Shown here: positions 31,932 to 41,212 of the stretch, in pieces | Numbering within the stretch: the stretch's first letter is position 1 | Layout of the letters: the number at the start of each line of letters is the position of its first letter | Origin: a virus | Reading direction: 5' to 3' (one strand) | Virus record (IMG/VR): IMGVR_UViG_3300021400_000038 | Span: 1 to 41,305 of that record | DNA: 41,305 bases | The notes under the pieces: model-generated | What the model was told of the DNA's origin: nothing | The model's database searches: none | Seen by the model: the letters and a program-made list of their open reading frames with translations, nothing else | Program-made: the position numbers and the translations under genes

Positions 31932-32762
31932 ATGGACACCGAAGAACTGAAAACAGCGCAAGCAAGCGAAGATACTGCCGGAACGGTCAATCAGGCAGAG
32001 GAGCAGGTCGGCACCGCTGATACCGACAACCAACAGACCGAAACCGATGCGAACACCGAAACCAACGATGCCGACTTTTCCGAAGGAGAAACGGATGGGA
32101 ATGATCAACCCGCCGAAGAACCAAAGAAAGAACCGCAATCGAAGGAACGGAACGCAGAGGAAGCCCGCAAACGCCGCGAGGCTGAAAAGCAAGAGGCGAT
32201 CAAGAAGGCACGGGTCGAAGCCATCATCGAGGCTATGGGCGGGAAGAACCCGTACACCAACGCCGAAATGACCGATGCGGACGATGTTGAGGAATATCTC
32301 AATATGAAGAAGATCGAGAAGGACGGCAAAGACCCGATCGCGGACTACGCCAGTTGGACAAAGCAACAGGCAAAAGCCCGCAAGGCAGAACAGGAAGCGC
32401 AGGAAGCGCAGGAAGCGAAGGCGCGGGACGATATTGAAGCGTTCCGCAAGGCGCATCCCGACGTGGACACCAACGCCCTGTTCAAAGATGAAGCGTTCAC
32501 CGACTACGCCGAAGGCAAGTTGGGGAACAGACCGCTCACGCAGATTTATGACGGCTATCAGAAACTCGTGGGCGGCGCGAGAAAGGCGGAACAGGAAAAA
32601 GCCGCCCAGGCACTCGCAAACAGCCGGGCAACGCCCGGATCTGTTCAAAGCCAGCCAAACGGCGATACGGAATTCTTCACCGTAGATCAGGTGAGAAAGA
32701 TGTCGCCGCAAGAAGTACGACAAAATTACGACAAAATAATGAAATCCATGAAAAAATGGTAG
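31932..32762 (+). CDS. Scaffolding protein (acidic, helical).
   Basis: Lies between the portal and capsid genes. Glu/Asp/Lys/Ala-rich and low complexity. Confidence 0.6.
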   Translation: MDTEELKTAQASEDTAGTVNQAEEQVGTADTDNQQTETDANTETNDADFSEGETDGNDQPAEEPKKEPQSKERNAEEARKRREAEKQEAIKKARVEAIIEAMGGKNPYTNAEMTDADDVEEYLNMKKIEKDGKDPIADYASWTKQQAKARKAEQEAQEAQEAKARDDIEAFRKAHPDVDTNALFKDEAFTDYAEGKLGNRPLTQIYDGYQKLVGGARKAEQEKAAQALANSRATPGSVQSQPNGDTEFFTVDQVRKMSPQEVRQNYDKIMKSMKKW

Positions 32763-32775
32763 AAAGGAGTAGGCT

Positions 32776-33627
32776 ATGGCTTACAGCAATTTTATTCCGA
32801 CCGTATGGGCGGAAGGATTCAATCACGAACTGGAACGCCTCTGTGTCATGCTCGAAGACTGCAACAGAGAGTACGAAGGAAAGGTCAAAGAGCAGGGCGA
32901 CACCGTAAAAATTCTCGGTGTCGGCAGACCGACGATCAAGACTTTGACAAGAGCAAACGCATCAGGCAACATCGACGATCCAGAAGAACTGGAAGATCAG
33001 TCCGCGTTTCTCCAAATCAACCAGATTCGGTACTACAACTACATGGTTGGTGACATCGACAAAGTGCAAGCGAAGGGCGGCATGATGGAGGCGTACAACA
33101 AAGAAGCGGCAGAAGGCATGGCAAACGAGGTCGATAAGTATATCGCCGCTTTTGCAACCGACGCAAATGTCAAGAAACTGAACACAAACCCGGTGAACGC
33201 CGCGGGTGCTTCTACGAATGTCCTCTACATCATCGACGACGCGATCCAGAAACTCCGCGAGAACGATGTTCGGGCGAACACGAAGATCGTGCTGACCGCT
33301 CCGCCTCGGTTCACGAAACTCATCAAGCAGAAGTTGATCGGCACCAGCACGAACAACCCCTCTCTGCTTGAGCACGGCGTTCTGACCACTTATGGAAATG
33401 TGGTGATCAAGGAGTCCAACAACGTCAAGACTACCAGCGACGGCGCGGTTGACAACATCATGATCCGCACGCAGAGAGCAATCGCGTTTGTCAATCAACT
33501 TACCGAAACCGAGGCATATCGTCCGGAAAAGAAGTTTGCCGACGCGGTGAAGGGTCTGATGCTCTTCGACGGCAAGGTCATCCGCCCGAAAGAAATCATC
33601 AACATCAACGTCAAGTACACCGATTGA
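32776..33627 (+). CDS. Major capsid protein (HK97-fold type).
   Basis: Position. N-terminal FIPTVWAEGFNHELERLCVM...EGKVKEQGDTVKILGVG is typical of phage coat proteins. Confidence 0.7.
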   Translation: MAYSNFIPTVWAEGFNHELERLCVMLEDCNREYEGKVKEQGDTVKILGVGRPTIKTLTRANASGNIDDPEELEDQSAFLQINQIRYYNYMVGDIDKVQAKGGMMEAYNKEAAEGMANEVDKYIAAFATDANVKKLNTNPVNAAGASTNVLYIIDDAIQKLRENDVRANTKIVLTAPPRFTKLIKQKLIGTSTNNPSLLEHGVLTTYGNVVIKESNNVKTTSDGAVDNIMIRTQRAIAFVNQLTETEAYRPEKKFADAVKGLMLFDGKVIRPKEIININVKYTD

Positions 33628-33647
33628 CGAAAAGGAGGTAAACTACA

Positions 33648-34019
33648 ATGGCTGCAACTGCTATCACCCCCGTCAAACTGACGGATTTCAACAAGGTATC
33701 GAGCGAGATCACCACGGCAACTATGACGGCGGCGCTTGACGCGACCGACGGCGGGTACATTACCCCGAACGGCGCGGACGAAAAAATGCTCGTTCTCGTG
33801 CAGAACACCAACGGCTCGGCTGCGGCAAAGACGGTGACGTTCAAAGCCGGAACGGGTATTCAGGGCGTCAACGATTACGCCGTGGAGATCGCCGCAGGAA
33901 AGACGGTCATCGTCGCGCTGGAAAGCGGACGCTTCAAGATCATGAGCGGCACGAACAAAGGCAAGATCCATCTGACCGGAGCGGCTGATCTCAAGGTCGC
34001 CGCATTTACTCTTCCGTAA
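33648..34019 (+). CDS. Capsid-associated beta-rich protein of 123 aa (decoration candidate).
   Basis: AAAGGAGG RBS. Immediately follows the capsid gene and precedes a strong terminator. Confidence 0.5.
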   Translation: MAATAITPVKLTDFNKVSSEITTATMTAALDATDGGYITPNGADEKMLVLVQNTNGSAAAKTVTFKAGTGIQGVNDYAVEIAAGKTVIVALESGRFKIMSGTNKGKIHLTGAADLKVAAFTLP

Positions 34020-34063
34020 GTAAATTACGGAACCGTAAAAGGTTTACGGAAAGAACCAACTCC

Positions 34064-34094
34064 GATGGGGCAGGGGTTGCCCTGCCCCATCTTT
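34064..34094 (+). terminator. Strong hairpin terminator or attenuator after the capsid genes.
   Basis: 12-bp stem GATGGGGCAGGG/CCCTGCCCCATC, 4-nt loop, then TTT. Confidence 0.65.
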
Positions 34095-34107
34095 CATGGA
34101 GGGAACT

Positions 34108-34407
34108 ATGATAAAGTCACTTGGAGCGCAACAAACAAAAAGTGCCGACGGGAAAAGGGGTGTGCGCTTCCTTGCAGAAGTGGAGTACCTGCTGACCAAT
34201 ATGTTTATCCGTATAACGGTATCCGGCATTACTCGCAAAATCCAACTGAAACAAGCATACGAAAGAATTATTTCGGGCGGCGAAACCATAACGCCGGAAG
34301 AAGGGTATCAATTTTTCACCGCTTTTACGGTGGAGAATGTGCCGGATACGCTTGCAATCTCTGACTTTGACGTCAGTTACTCATCGCCTGCGGAGGTGGA
34401 AGAATGA
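34108..34407 (+). CDS. Hypothetical virion protein, 99 aa.
   Basis: GGAGGG-N5-ATG at 34108. Confidence 0.55.
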   Translation: MIKSLGAQQTKSADGKRGVRFLAEVEYLLTNMFIRITVSGITRKIQLKQAYERIISGGETITPEEGYQFFTAFTVENVPDTLAISDFDVSYSSPAEVEE

Positions 34408-35069
34408 AACTCGGAACCATCAAGATCGAAGCGTTGAAACTCATGTTCGCCAACAACGAGGACGAACTTTCGATTGATAACCATGACAACAACGACCCGA
34501 ACGGGGTCGCTCCGCTTGACCTGACGGAAGCGGCGGCAGACCCGCAATACCGGGACTACCTCAACAATATGAACGGCTCGATCAACCGTTGCTTTTCCAT
34601 TCTGGAAGCACGGAAGGTCCTGCCGACCAAACGCGCGGTGCTGATCGAGAACGCCGCGCAGAACGAGTACGGAAAGGAAATCAACCTTTCCGCTATTTCT
34701 GACCTTGACGACATCCAGCGCGTGACCGTTCGCAATCGGAACGGCTACGCAACGGCGGTCGATTACGATACAGAGGCGGACACCATGATCCTGCCGACGG
34801 TCTGCGCCGGGGACACCGTTGCGCTGATCTACTATCCGCGCCTTGACCGGCTCACACCGACAACGAGCAACACGCTCGACCTGCCGATCCCCGATAAGAT
34901 CGCAACCATCATCCCGTACTACGTCAAATATGACCTGTTCCGCGAGGATGACGAGAGCGAAGCAAACGTGGCTTTGCGCCGGTTTGAGGAGTCGCTCTCG
35001 GAGATCACGGAGCGGGCGGGATCGTATCAGAGCGCGGTGGATCATGTGGTCGGCTTTTGGGGGGATTGA
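34404..35069 (+). CDS. Head-tail adaptor candidate, 221 aa (T7 gp11-like by size and position only).
   Basis: ATGA overlap. Lies directly upstream of the 843-aa protein. Confidence 0.4.
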   Translation: MKLGTIKIEALKLMFANNEDELSIDNHDNNDPNGVAPLDLTEAAADPQYRDYLNNMNGSINRCFSILEARKVLPTKRAVLIENAAQNEYGKEINLSAISDLDDIQRVTVRNRNGYATAVDYDTEADTMILPTVCAGDTVALIYYPRLDRLTPTTSNTLDLPIPDKIATIIPYYVKYDLFREDDESEANVALRRFEESLSEITERAGSYQSAVDHVVGFWGD

Positions 35070-35071
35070 TA

Positions 35072-37603
35072 ATGGCAAACCTCAAACAATTCAGAATGGG
35101 CGATTTTCGCGGGGTGGATTTTTCATCTTCCCCGCTGAACGCGTCCTATACACGCGCCGTTTCCGGGAAGAACTGGATCAACGAATACGGCGCGAACAAG
35201 AAGCGGAACGGCTGGGAGCAGATCCTCCCGAAACTCGGAGAGCGGATCAACGGTATTTTCCCATACCAAACCAACACAGGCATGGAACTGCTGGTGTTCA
35301 CGGAGAGGCGCGCGTTCCGCGTTTATTTTGCAAACAACGCGTGGACGAGCGCGGATGTTTCCGCGTCCGCCGGGAGCGAAACCTACGCCGCGCAGCGCAC
35401 GAACGGTGACCTGAAAAACCTTGCTGACCGCAAACTGATGGCGGCATACGGGAAGAACGGCATCTACATCCCGGCGGGCGGTTACTACTTTTACAGGACG
35501 AGCGACCACAAACTCTATGAACTGGACGCGTACCAGATCGGCATGACGGCGGCGAAAGCCTACGCGGCGCAGTCCTTCATCACGGTTCCGAGAACAACGA
35601 TCAACATCTCGTCGAACGATCATCGTCCGTCGACCGGCGAAACGCTTGACTCCGCCAACCTGTTGACCCCTTACAGGATCAACGAATTTGTGGGCGAATC
35701 AACGGAAGGAGCAACCTACACCCTGGACGCAACGCCGGATGAAACCGATTACTATTTTCTCGTGGACGGTGTGGCGGCGGACTCTACCTGGTTCAGTATT
35801 TTAGGGAACCAACTCACGTCGCAATATAACCAGAACGGCAAAACCATTTCCGTGGTGTTCAAGCGCGATCTTTCCATTGTCGGCCCGGATCACTGGGACG
35901 TTTCCATTGCCACAGATCAGGCGGTCGGGCAAAACCCCGTCTGCACCACGTTCGGTATTGCCGGGTATTCGGATCGCATCTTCCTCGGCGGGAACAAGAA
36001 CAACCGTGTCTATTTCTCCGAAGAGGACGATTACTCCTATTTCCCGTACAACTTCACGGCGGACATCGGAACGAGCGCAACGAAGATTTCCGCATTCCTG
36101 CGGCTCTCGGACAACACTCTGGCCATCTTCAAGGAGCAGAATGGAAACGACCCGGCCGTGTATTACATGAGCGGCAGGCGGGACGTGGAGTACAACGACG
36201 ACGGCTCGGTCAAAAAGGTAACGCCGGTATTCTCCTTCTCCGCGGGGGCGACCACAGAAACGGCCGTCAATGCCTTCGTAACGGGAACGCTGTTGGGTGA
36301 TAGCATCATCACTTCCCGCCACGGCGTTTACGCCATTGCGCTCACGGAGAACTACGCAACGAACACCAGAACGGCGCGGGAACGCTCCCGGCTCATCAAC
36401 GCCCGCTTGCAGAACATGGATCTTTCAGAGGCGGTCAGCATCGTTTGGCGCGGGAAATACTACCTTGCCGTCGAATCCGAGGTGTTCATCGCGGACGCAA
36501 ACTTCAAATGGCAGCCGAGCGACGGCGAGTGGTGGCAGTACGAATGGTACTACTGGGATCACGTGCCGGTTCGCGTCTGGGCCGTGGTGAACGATACGCT
36601 GATGTTCGGGACTGCGGACGGCCGCCTTTGCGCGTTCGACAATGCCGACCTTTACGAGGACAGGCAGTATGAGCAGACAGTCGCGGGCGATATTACATTG
36701 GACTTTGTAGATAACGGGGACGACACGGACGACGAGGACAAGATCGCGTTCTCGGAAAGTCTGGATGACGTCATTCAGGACGGGAAAAGGGTTTATGTCA
36801 AAAACGATCTTTACCAATTTATTATAGCCACAAACGAAAACGCGCCGCTTAAATTTGTAGGATCGGGAACGTTTGAGTGTGGCGATAACAATGATGATCT
36901 GATAAGCCATATTGAAATCGGGAATATTGTCGAACTGAAAGATACAAACGGGACACATACCGAAGTGTTTGAGGTGGAGTATGTAGATCGGGTTGAAAAA
37001 TATTTTTCGGTAACAGGATTTAATGCAACCGATTTTAATTCGGCCCATTATTACACGGCAAGGTTGTTTGACAGTTTGGAAGGAAAAACGCTTTATATCG
37101 TCAACACCGAAAAAGCACCAGGCGGCGGGGGAACATTCCAACTTGCATGGCATCCGGACGACGAATCTGCGATTGACATTGAGCCGAATCCGCAAAGCAA
37201 CGAAACGGAACCGCAAATGCGGATCTATGACGAGGAAGCGGTTTCCGCCGAGTGGAGAACGCCTGTGTTCGATATGGGAACGAACACACACCGCAAGACG
37301 CTCCTGCGGCTGACCATCAGCGCGGACAACGTTCTGGAAGGCACGTTGCAGTTTGGCTACGAAACGCGGCAGAACGCATCCACAAGGATGGCGAAAGGCA
37401 TTCAGTTCTTTACATTCGACGCGCTCGATTTTGCAAACTTCACGCTTGATCTTCCGTTTGCATCGTCCTACACCGTCCGGGCGCGGGAACGCGGGTTCAA
37501 CTACATTCAATTTTACTTCAAGTCGGAAAGTCCGACAAATTGCGTGGTCAATGATCTGACCGCGACCTACCGCGTCATTGCGGAGAACAGGGGGGTTCGA
37601 TAA
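35072..37603 (+). CDS. Large tail protein of 843 aa. Nozzle / tail tubular B-like candidate by size and position.
   Basis: ATG at 35072, 2 nt after the upstream stop. Beta-rich sequence. Confidence 0.45.
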   Translation: MANLKQFRMGDFRGVDFSSSPLNASYTRAVSGKNWINEYGANKKRNGWEQILPKLGERINGIFPYQTNTGMELLVFTERRAFRVYFANNAWTSADVSASAGSETYAAQRTNGDLKNLADRKLMAAYGKNGIYIPAGGYYFYRTSDHKLYELDAYQIGMTAAKAYAAQSFITVPRTTINISSNDHRPSTGETLDSANLLTPYRINEFVGESTEGATYTLDATPDETDYYFLVDGVAADSTWFSILGNQLTSQYNQNGKTISVVFKRDLSIVGPDHWDVSIATDQAVGQNPVCTTFGIAGYSDRIFLGGNKNNRVYFSEEDDYSYFPYNFTADIGTSATKISAFLRLSDNTLAIFKEQNGNDPAVYYMSGRRDVEYNDDGSVKKVTPVFSFSAGATTETAVNAFVTGTLLGDSIITSRHGVYAIALTENYATNTRTARERSRLINARLQNMDLSEAVSIVWRGKYYLAVESEVFIADANFKWQPSDGEWWQYEWYYWDHVPVRVWAVVNDTLMFGTADGRLCAFDNADLYEDRQYEQTVAGDITLDFVDNGDDTDDEDKIAFSESLDDVIQDGKRVYVKNDLYQFIIATNENAPLKFVGSGTFECGDNNDDLISHIEIGNIVELKDTNGTHTEVFEVEYVDRVEKYFSVTGFNATDFNSAHYYTARLFDSLEGKTLYIVNTEKAPGGGGTFQLAWHPDDESAIDIEPNPQSNETEPQMRIYDEEAVSAEWRTPVFDMGTNTHRKTLLRLTISADNVLEGTLQFGYETRQNASTRMAKGIQFFTFDALDFANFTLDLPFASSYTVRARERGFNYIQFYFKSESPTNCVVNDLTATYRVIAENRGVR

Positions 37604-38958
37604 TGGCAAAAATTCAAAAAACGACCGAAGAGGAGCGGCAAGCCATCATCAGGCGGTCTGTGCTTCAACTTGCGGACAGACCGTCTGAACACGGGCAGAA
37701 GCCGTCGGACATCAAAAACGCGATCGCTATGCCGGTGTTTGGCTCGGTACATTCCGTATTGGCTGAACTCGACCGCGTTGTGGACGAGATCAACGCGGCT
37801 CTGGAAGGGACGAGCGATCCTGCACCTACGCTTGCGACCTTAGCACAAACGCTCATCGGCGCGATCAATGAACTGCGGTCAAAGTTGACGAGCGCGGAGG
37901 CAGGCAGTTATACCGAGTTGCAGACCAACGCGCAAACGGTTCTGGAAGCGATCAACGAACTGCGTTCAAAATTGACGTCTGCCGATCCGGGAGCATATTC
38001 CTCGCTTCCTACTACGGCACAAACGGCTCTGGAAGCGATCGCGGAGTTGGATAATGTAAAAGCCACAAAAGAGGCTTTGACAACTGCTGTTTCCGATCTC
38101 GAATCCTCGATTGTCGGCATGGGCACAAGCCAGCAACTATATACCGATGAGGCGGAGGCCTCTGCAAAACGTTACACCGACGAGGAAGTGCAAACAGGCG
38201 TTGGTCAGGCGAACTCCTATGCCGACGGGCTGTATAACACTCTCAACGGAAAAAAAGTGGATAAGACCGCCTACAACGCCAACAAGGGTTTAACAGACCA
38301 CCGGCTTGACAGCCTCGAAAACGACGTCAGCACGCTTAAAACCAGCACGATCCACATTTGCGGATATGGGGAATACAACCCGGAAACAAAAGTCCCCACC
38401 ATTCAAAACCCCAACCCTCACGTGCTGTATCTTGTTCCGGGAGGTGTCTCTACGCAGACCGGCGGAAATCTTTACACGGAGTTCCGATGGGTCAGCGGAG
38501 ATTCCGACTTTTGGGAACGTATCGGTACAGCGGAATTTGACCTCACAAATTACTACACCAAACCGGAGATCGAAACGCTGCTGAACAGCACCAGGCACAT
38601 CTGCACGTCGTCCGAGGTGGATGCAAGCGGAACGCCGATCCTCGCAAATCCAAACGCCTACACGACCTACCTTGTTCCGATGACGGGTTCCAACTCCGAA
38701 AACTACTACGCGGAATGGATCTGGATTCCTCCCATCGGAACCAGTAACAGCAGGTGGGAGATCGTCGGCATGATCCCGAAAGAACTGCTCCATTACGTCA
38801 GAAACGACGTTACGGCAATCTTCTACGAGGATGTGGTTGTTTCCGGCTCCCTTTCCGTTTACGGCCAGATCTTTAACGACAACAACATTCCGTATCTCAA
38901 CGAATCGGACAGCGCAACGCTTTCCGAGATGGACGAGATTTTTGCGGTTCTATCCTGA
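37603..38958 (+). CDS. Tail fibre protein, 451 aa.
   Basis: Three approximately 30-aa repeats containing AINELRSKLTSA-type motifs common in fibre shafts. Duplicated C-terminal HIC...NPN..YLVP...W..IG domain. Confidence 0.7.
   Translation: MAKIQKTTEEERQAIIRRSVLQLADRPSEHGQKPSDIKNAIAMPVFGSVHSVLAELDRVVDEINAALEGTSDPAPTLATLAQTLIGAINELRSKLTSAEAGSYTELQTNAQTVLEAINELRSKLTSADPGAYSSLPTTAQTALEAIAELDNVKATKEALTTAVSDLESSIVGMGTSQQLYTDEAEASAKRYTDEEVQTGVGQANSYADGLYNTLNGKKVDKTAYNANKGLTDHRLDSLENDVSTLKTSTIHICGYGEYNPETKVPTIQNPNPHVLYLVPGGVSTQTGGNLYTEFRWVSGDSDFWERIGTAEFDLTNYYTKPEIETLLNSTRHICTSSEVDASGTPILANPNAYTTYLVPMTGSNSENYYAEWIWIPPIGTSNSRWEIVGMIPKELLHYVRNDVTAIFYEDVVVSGSLSVYGQIFNDNNIPYLNESDSATLSEMDEIFAVLS
37831..38052 (+). 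repeat. Three tandem repeats of about 90 nt (30 aa) in the fibre shaft.
   Basis: LATLAQTLIGAINELRSKLTSAEAGSYTE / LQTNAQTVLEAINELRSKLTSADPGAYSS / LPTTAQTALEAIAELDNVKATKEAL. Confidence 0.85.
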
Positions 38959-38982
38959 AAGAAAGTGAAGGGGGACTAAAAA

Positions 38983-40572
38983 ATGTCTTATATTTCCGCA
39001 TCACAAGCGAAACAGATCGCAAAGAAAGCGGTCGATAACCTCAAAGACGGTACTCTCGTACCGAAACTTGCCGACAACCTGACGCCTTACGCCGAAGATT
39101 CCGGCACGACACAGACACAGCCCTTCTTCCTCGAAGGAACGGCGACCGGAAACGGGGAGTCCAGAGTTGACGCAAAGCAAGTCCCGGCTTATGCTTTCTT
39201 GCAAGAGAAGCGCGGGAACATGGTTTGCGTGAATCAACTGGTAGATACGAATACGACTTCCGTTACACTTACAAGCGGTCACGTTTACTTTCTCACTCTC
39301 AATGGAGAAAGTGAGATTGTTACAGGCGCAGGAGAGGGTGTTTTGGTAACAGGCGGTATTGATATTGTTTCCGATCTCACACAATGGTTCAACAGCAACA
39401 TTCCTGCGTATCTCCTCTCCCATCCCGAGGCATTCGGTCGGTACTACAAAGGCTCTCTTGCGTATGAGCCTGGCAGACTTGAACCTGCGACCGGCAGATA
39501 CCTTACGAGCGATGGGCGGAATATTTGGGACGAGAAAACTGAAAGTGGATATTGGAATGTTAGAGATGGTTCTGCCGTCGTAGATCCTTCGAGATTGAGA
39601 ACAGAGAATATTGTTGAATTGACTCCGAATACTACCTACTATGTTTACGGATCATTAAGACCTATATATCTCGATTCAGAAGGAAATTATATTGATTCGC
39701 CTTCGTTTGTTACAGATAGAACATTTACGACACCAGCAAATTGTGTAGGTGCGAAATTTAACCTGCCATCCGATTACGGCACCACTTACAAAAACGACAT
39801 CACGATCTCCCTCTACTACCCCGGCGAATCCGGCTACGACAAGTATTATCCGCATGAAGTCCTTGCGACGATTGACACAGGGACGGAATCGCTGTATAGC
39901 GCGGGTTCCGCGTATGACAGCAAAGTTCCAAGCGGCTTGATTACGAGAAGGATCGGAAGCGTGGATTTGGGGACGCTGAATTGGATACAGTTTGGATATG
40001 GCGATAACACTTTTTATACTGTAATTAACGGTATGAAAAAGAGTCTTAACGTTTTAACGTCGAAATATATTATCAATTTATCCGTGGAAAGTGCGTCATT
40101 GTTGAATAATGGAGATTGTTGGGTTTCTATAAATGGGACTGGCGCATTTTTTATCAAAGATTCCGCCTACACAGATGCCGCTTCCTTCAAAGCCGCAATG
40201 TCCGGTGTGATGCTCTACTACGAACTTGCCGAACCCACCACCGAGCAAGGCACACCATTCCAAGAGAACGTCCCGATTGACGACTTTGGTCAACTCTCGT
40301 GGAGCAATACCGACGTCCCGCAAGGCAACCAGATTTTCTATCCTGTTGACTACAAGGCCGCCATTGATACGCTTATCAAGTACATGAATGGAGATATGAC
40401 AGGAATTGCCAAAAGAGGATCGCTTGCTGATACTGACCCGCAGACGTTGAAAGCGCTCGTTGATTATGTAAACGGGAAAATTCCTGCTGCACCATCAATA
40501 GACGGGATTTTTGATCTCATTTGTGAGGTCACAAATGGGCAACCGAGTTATTCTTGGGTTGCGAGAACATAA
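38983..40572 (+). CDS. Tail spike / receptor-binding protein candidate, 529 aa.
   Basis: Follows the fibre gene. Beta-rich with a mosaic GC profile. Confidence 0.55.
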   Translation: MSYISASQAKQIAKKAVDNLKDGTLVPKLADNLTPYAEDSGTTQTQPFFLEGTATGNGESRVDAKQVPAYAFLQEKRGNMVCVNQLVDTNTTSVTLTSGHVYFLTLNGESEIVTGAGEGVLVTGGIDIVSDLTQWFNSNIPAYLLSHPEAFGRYYKGSLAYEPGRLEPATGRYLTSDGRNIWDEKTESGYWNVRDGSAVVDPSRLRTENIVELTPNTTYYVYGSLRPIYLDSEGNYIDSPSFVTDRTFTTPANCVGAKFNLPSDYGTTYKNDITISLYYPGESGYDKYYPHEVLATIDTGTESLYSAGSAYDSKVPSGLITRRIGSVDLGTLNWIQFGYGDNTFYTVINGMKKSLNVLTSKYIINLSVESASLLNNGDCWVSINGTGAFFIKDSAYTDAASFKAAMSGVMLYYELAEPTTEQGTPFQENVPIDDFGQLSWSNTDVPQGNQIFYPVDYKAAIDTLIKYMNGDMTGIAKRGSLADTDPQTLKALVDYVNGKIPAAPSIDGIFDLICEVTNGQPSYSWVART

Positions 40573-40606
40573 CTTATAAAAATCAAACAGAAAGAAGGAC
40601 ACGAAA

Positions 40607-41212
40607 ATGGCAAAAAGAATGTTGATCGTCGTATTTCTGCTTTTGCTTGCAATCGGCGTAACGATTGCGATCCCGACCATCCACGCGCACGCAGATGAGC
40701 CGGAAACGGCTATGGAAGAAACGGTAACCGAAACCACCGCAGAACCCGAAGAGCCTCCCCCCAGCGGGGAGGCCGCAGAAGGCGAAAAGTTTGATACGAT
40801 GGAATGGCTGAAAAAGGAACTCCTGCCGGATGCCGCGTCCGCGATCCTTCTGTTCGTGACCATGTGGATCAGTACGCGCCCGCAGTCTCTCAACAACAAC
40901 GCGCTCGCCCGGCAGATGATCGCATACTCGCAGACGATGGGCGTAAATAAGGAAACCGCAGAGAAGCAGATCGCTGAAATGATGGAAAAATACGAATTGC
41001 TGAAATCCCGGTTTGAGAATGCGGTTTGTGTGATCGAAGCATATAAAGGTGATATTCAGAACCTGATGGAGCAGAACCGCGCTCTCGCGGAAGCGATCTC
41101 GCTTGGCTTTGGAAACAATGCCGAACTCGTCAAGAAAGGGACTGCGGAGACCATCTGCAAACTGCTGGAACCAGCAAAAGAGGTAACGAAAGATGACGAA
41201 AAAGTTGCTTAA
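40607..41212 (+). CDS. Signal-anchored / secreted acidic protein of 201 aa with a second TM-like segment.
   Basis: MAKRMLIVVFLLLLAIGVTIAIPTIHAHA, then an acidic PE-rich linker, then AASAILLFVTMWI. Confidence 0.65.
   Translation: MAKRMLIVVFLLLLAIGVTIAIPTIHAHADEPETAMEETVTETTAEPEEPPPSGEAAEGEKFDTMEWLKKELLPDAASAILLFVTMWISTRPQSLNNNALARQMIAYSQTMGVNKETAEKQIAEMMEKYELLKSRFENAVCVIEAYKGDIQNLMEQNRALAEAISLGFGNNAELVKKGTAETICKLLEPAKEVTKDDEKVA

Noticed and set aside
34065-34364. 99-aa ORF starting inside the post-capsid hairpin.
   Set aside because: Its start lies within the 12-bp terminator stem and there is no RBS. The overlapping frame at 34108-34407 has GGAGGG-N5-ATG.
37603-40572. Diversity-generating retroelement (template/variable repeat pair) near the fibre genes.
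   Set aside because: No reverse transcriptase-like ORF exists in the genome. I found no second copy of any fibre or spike 3' segment elsewhere in the window.
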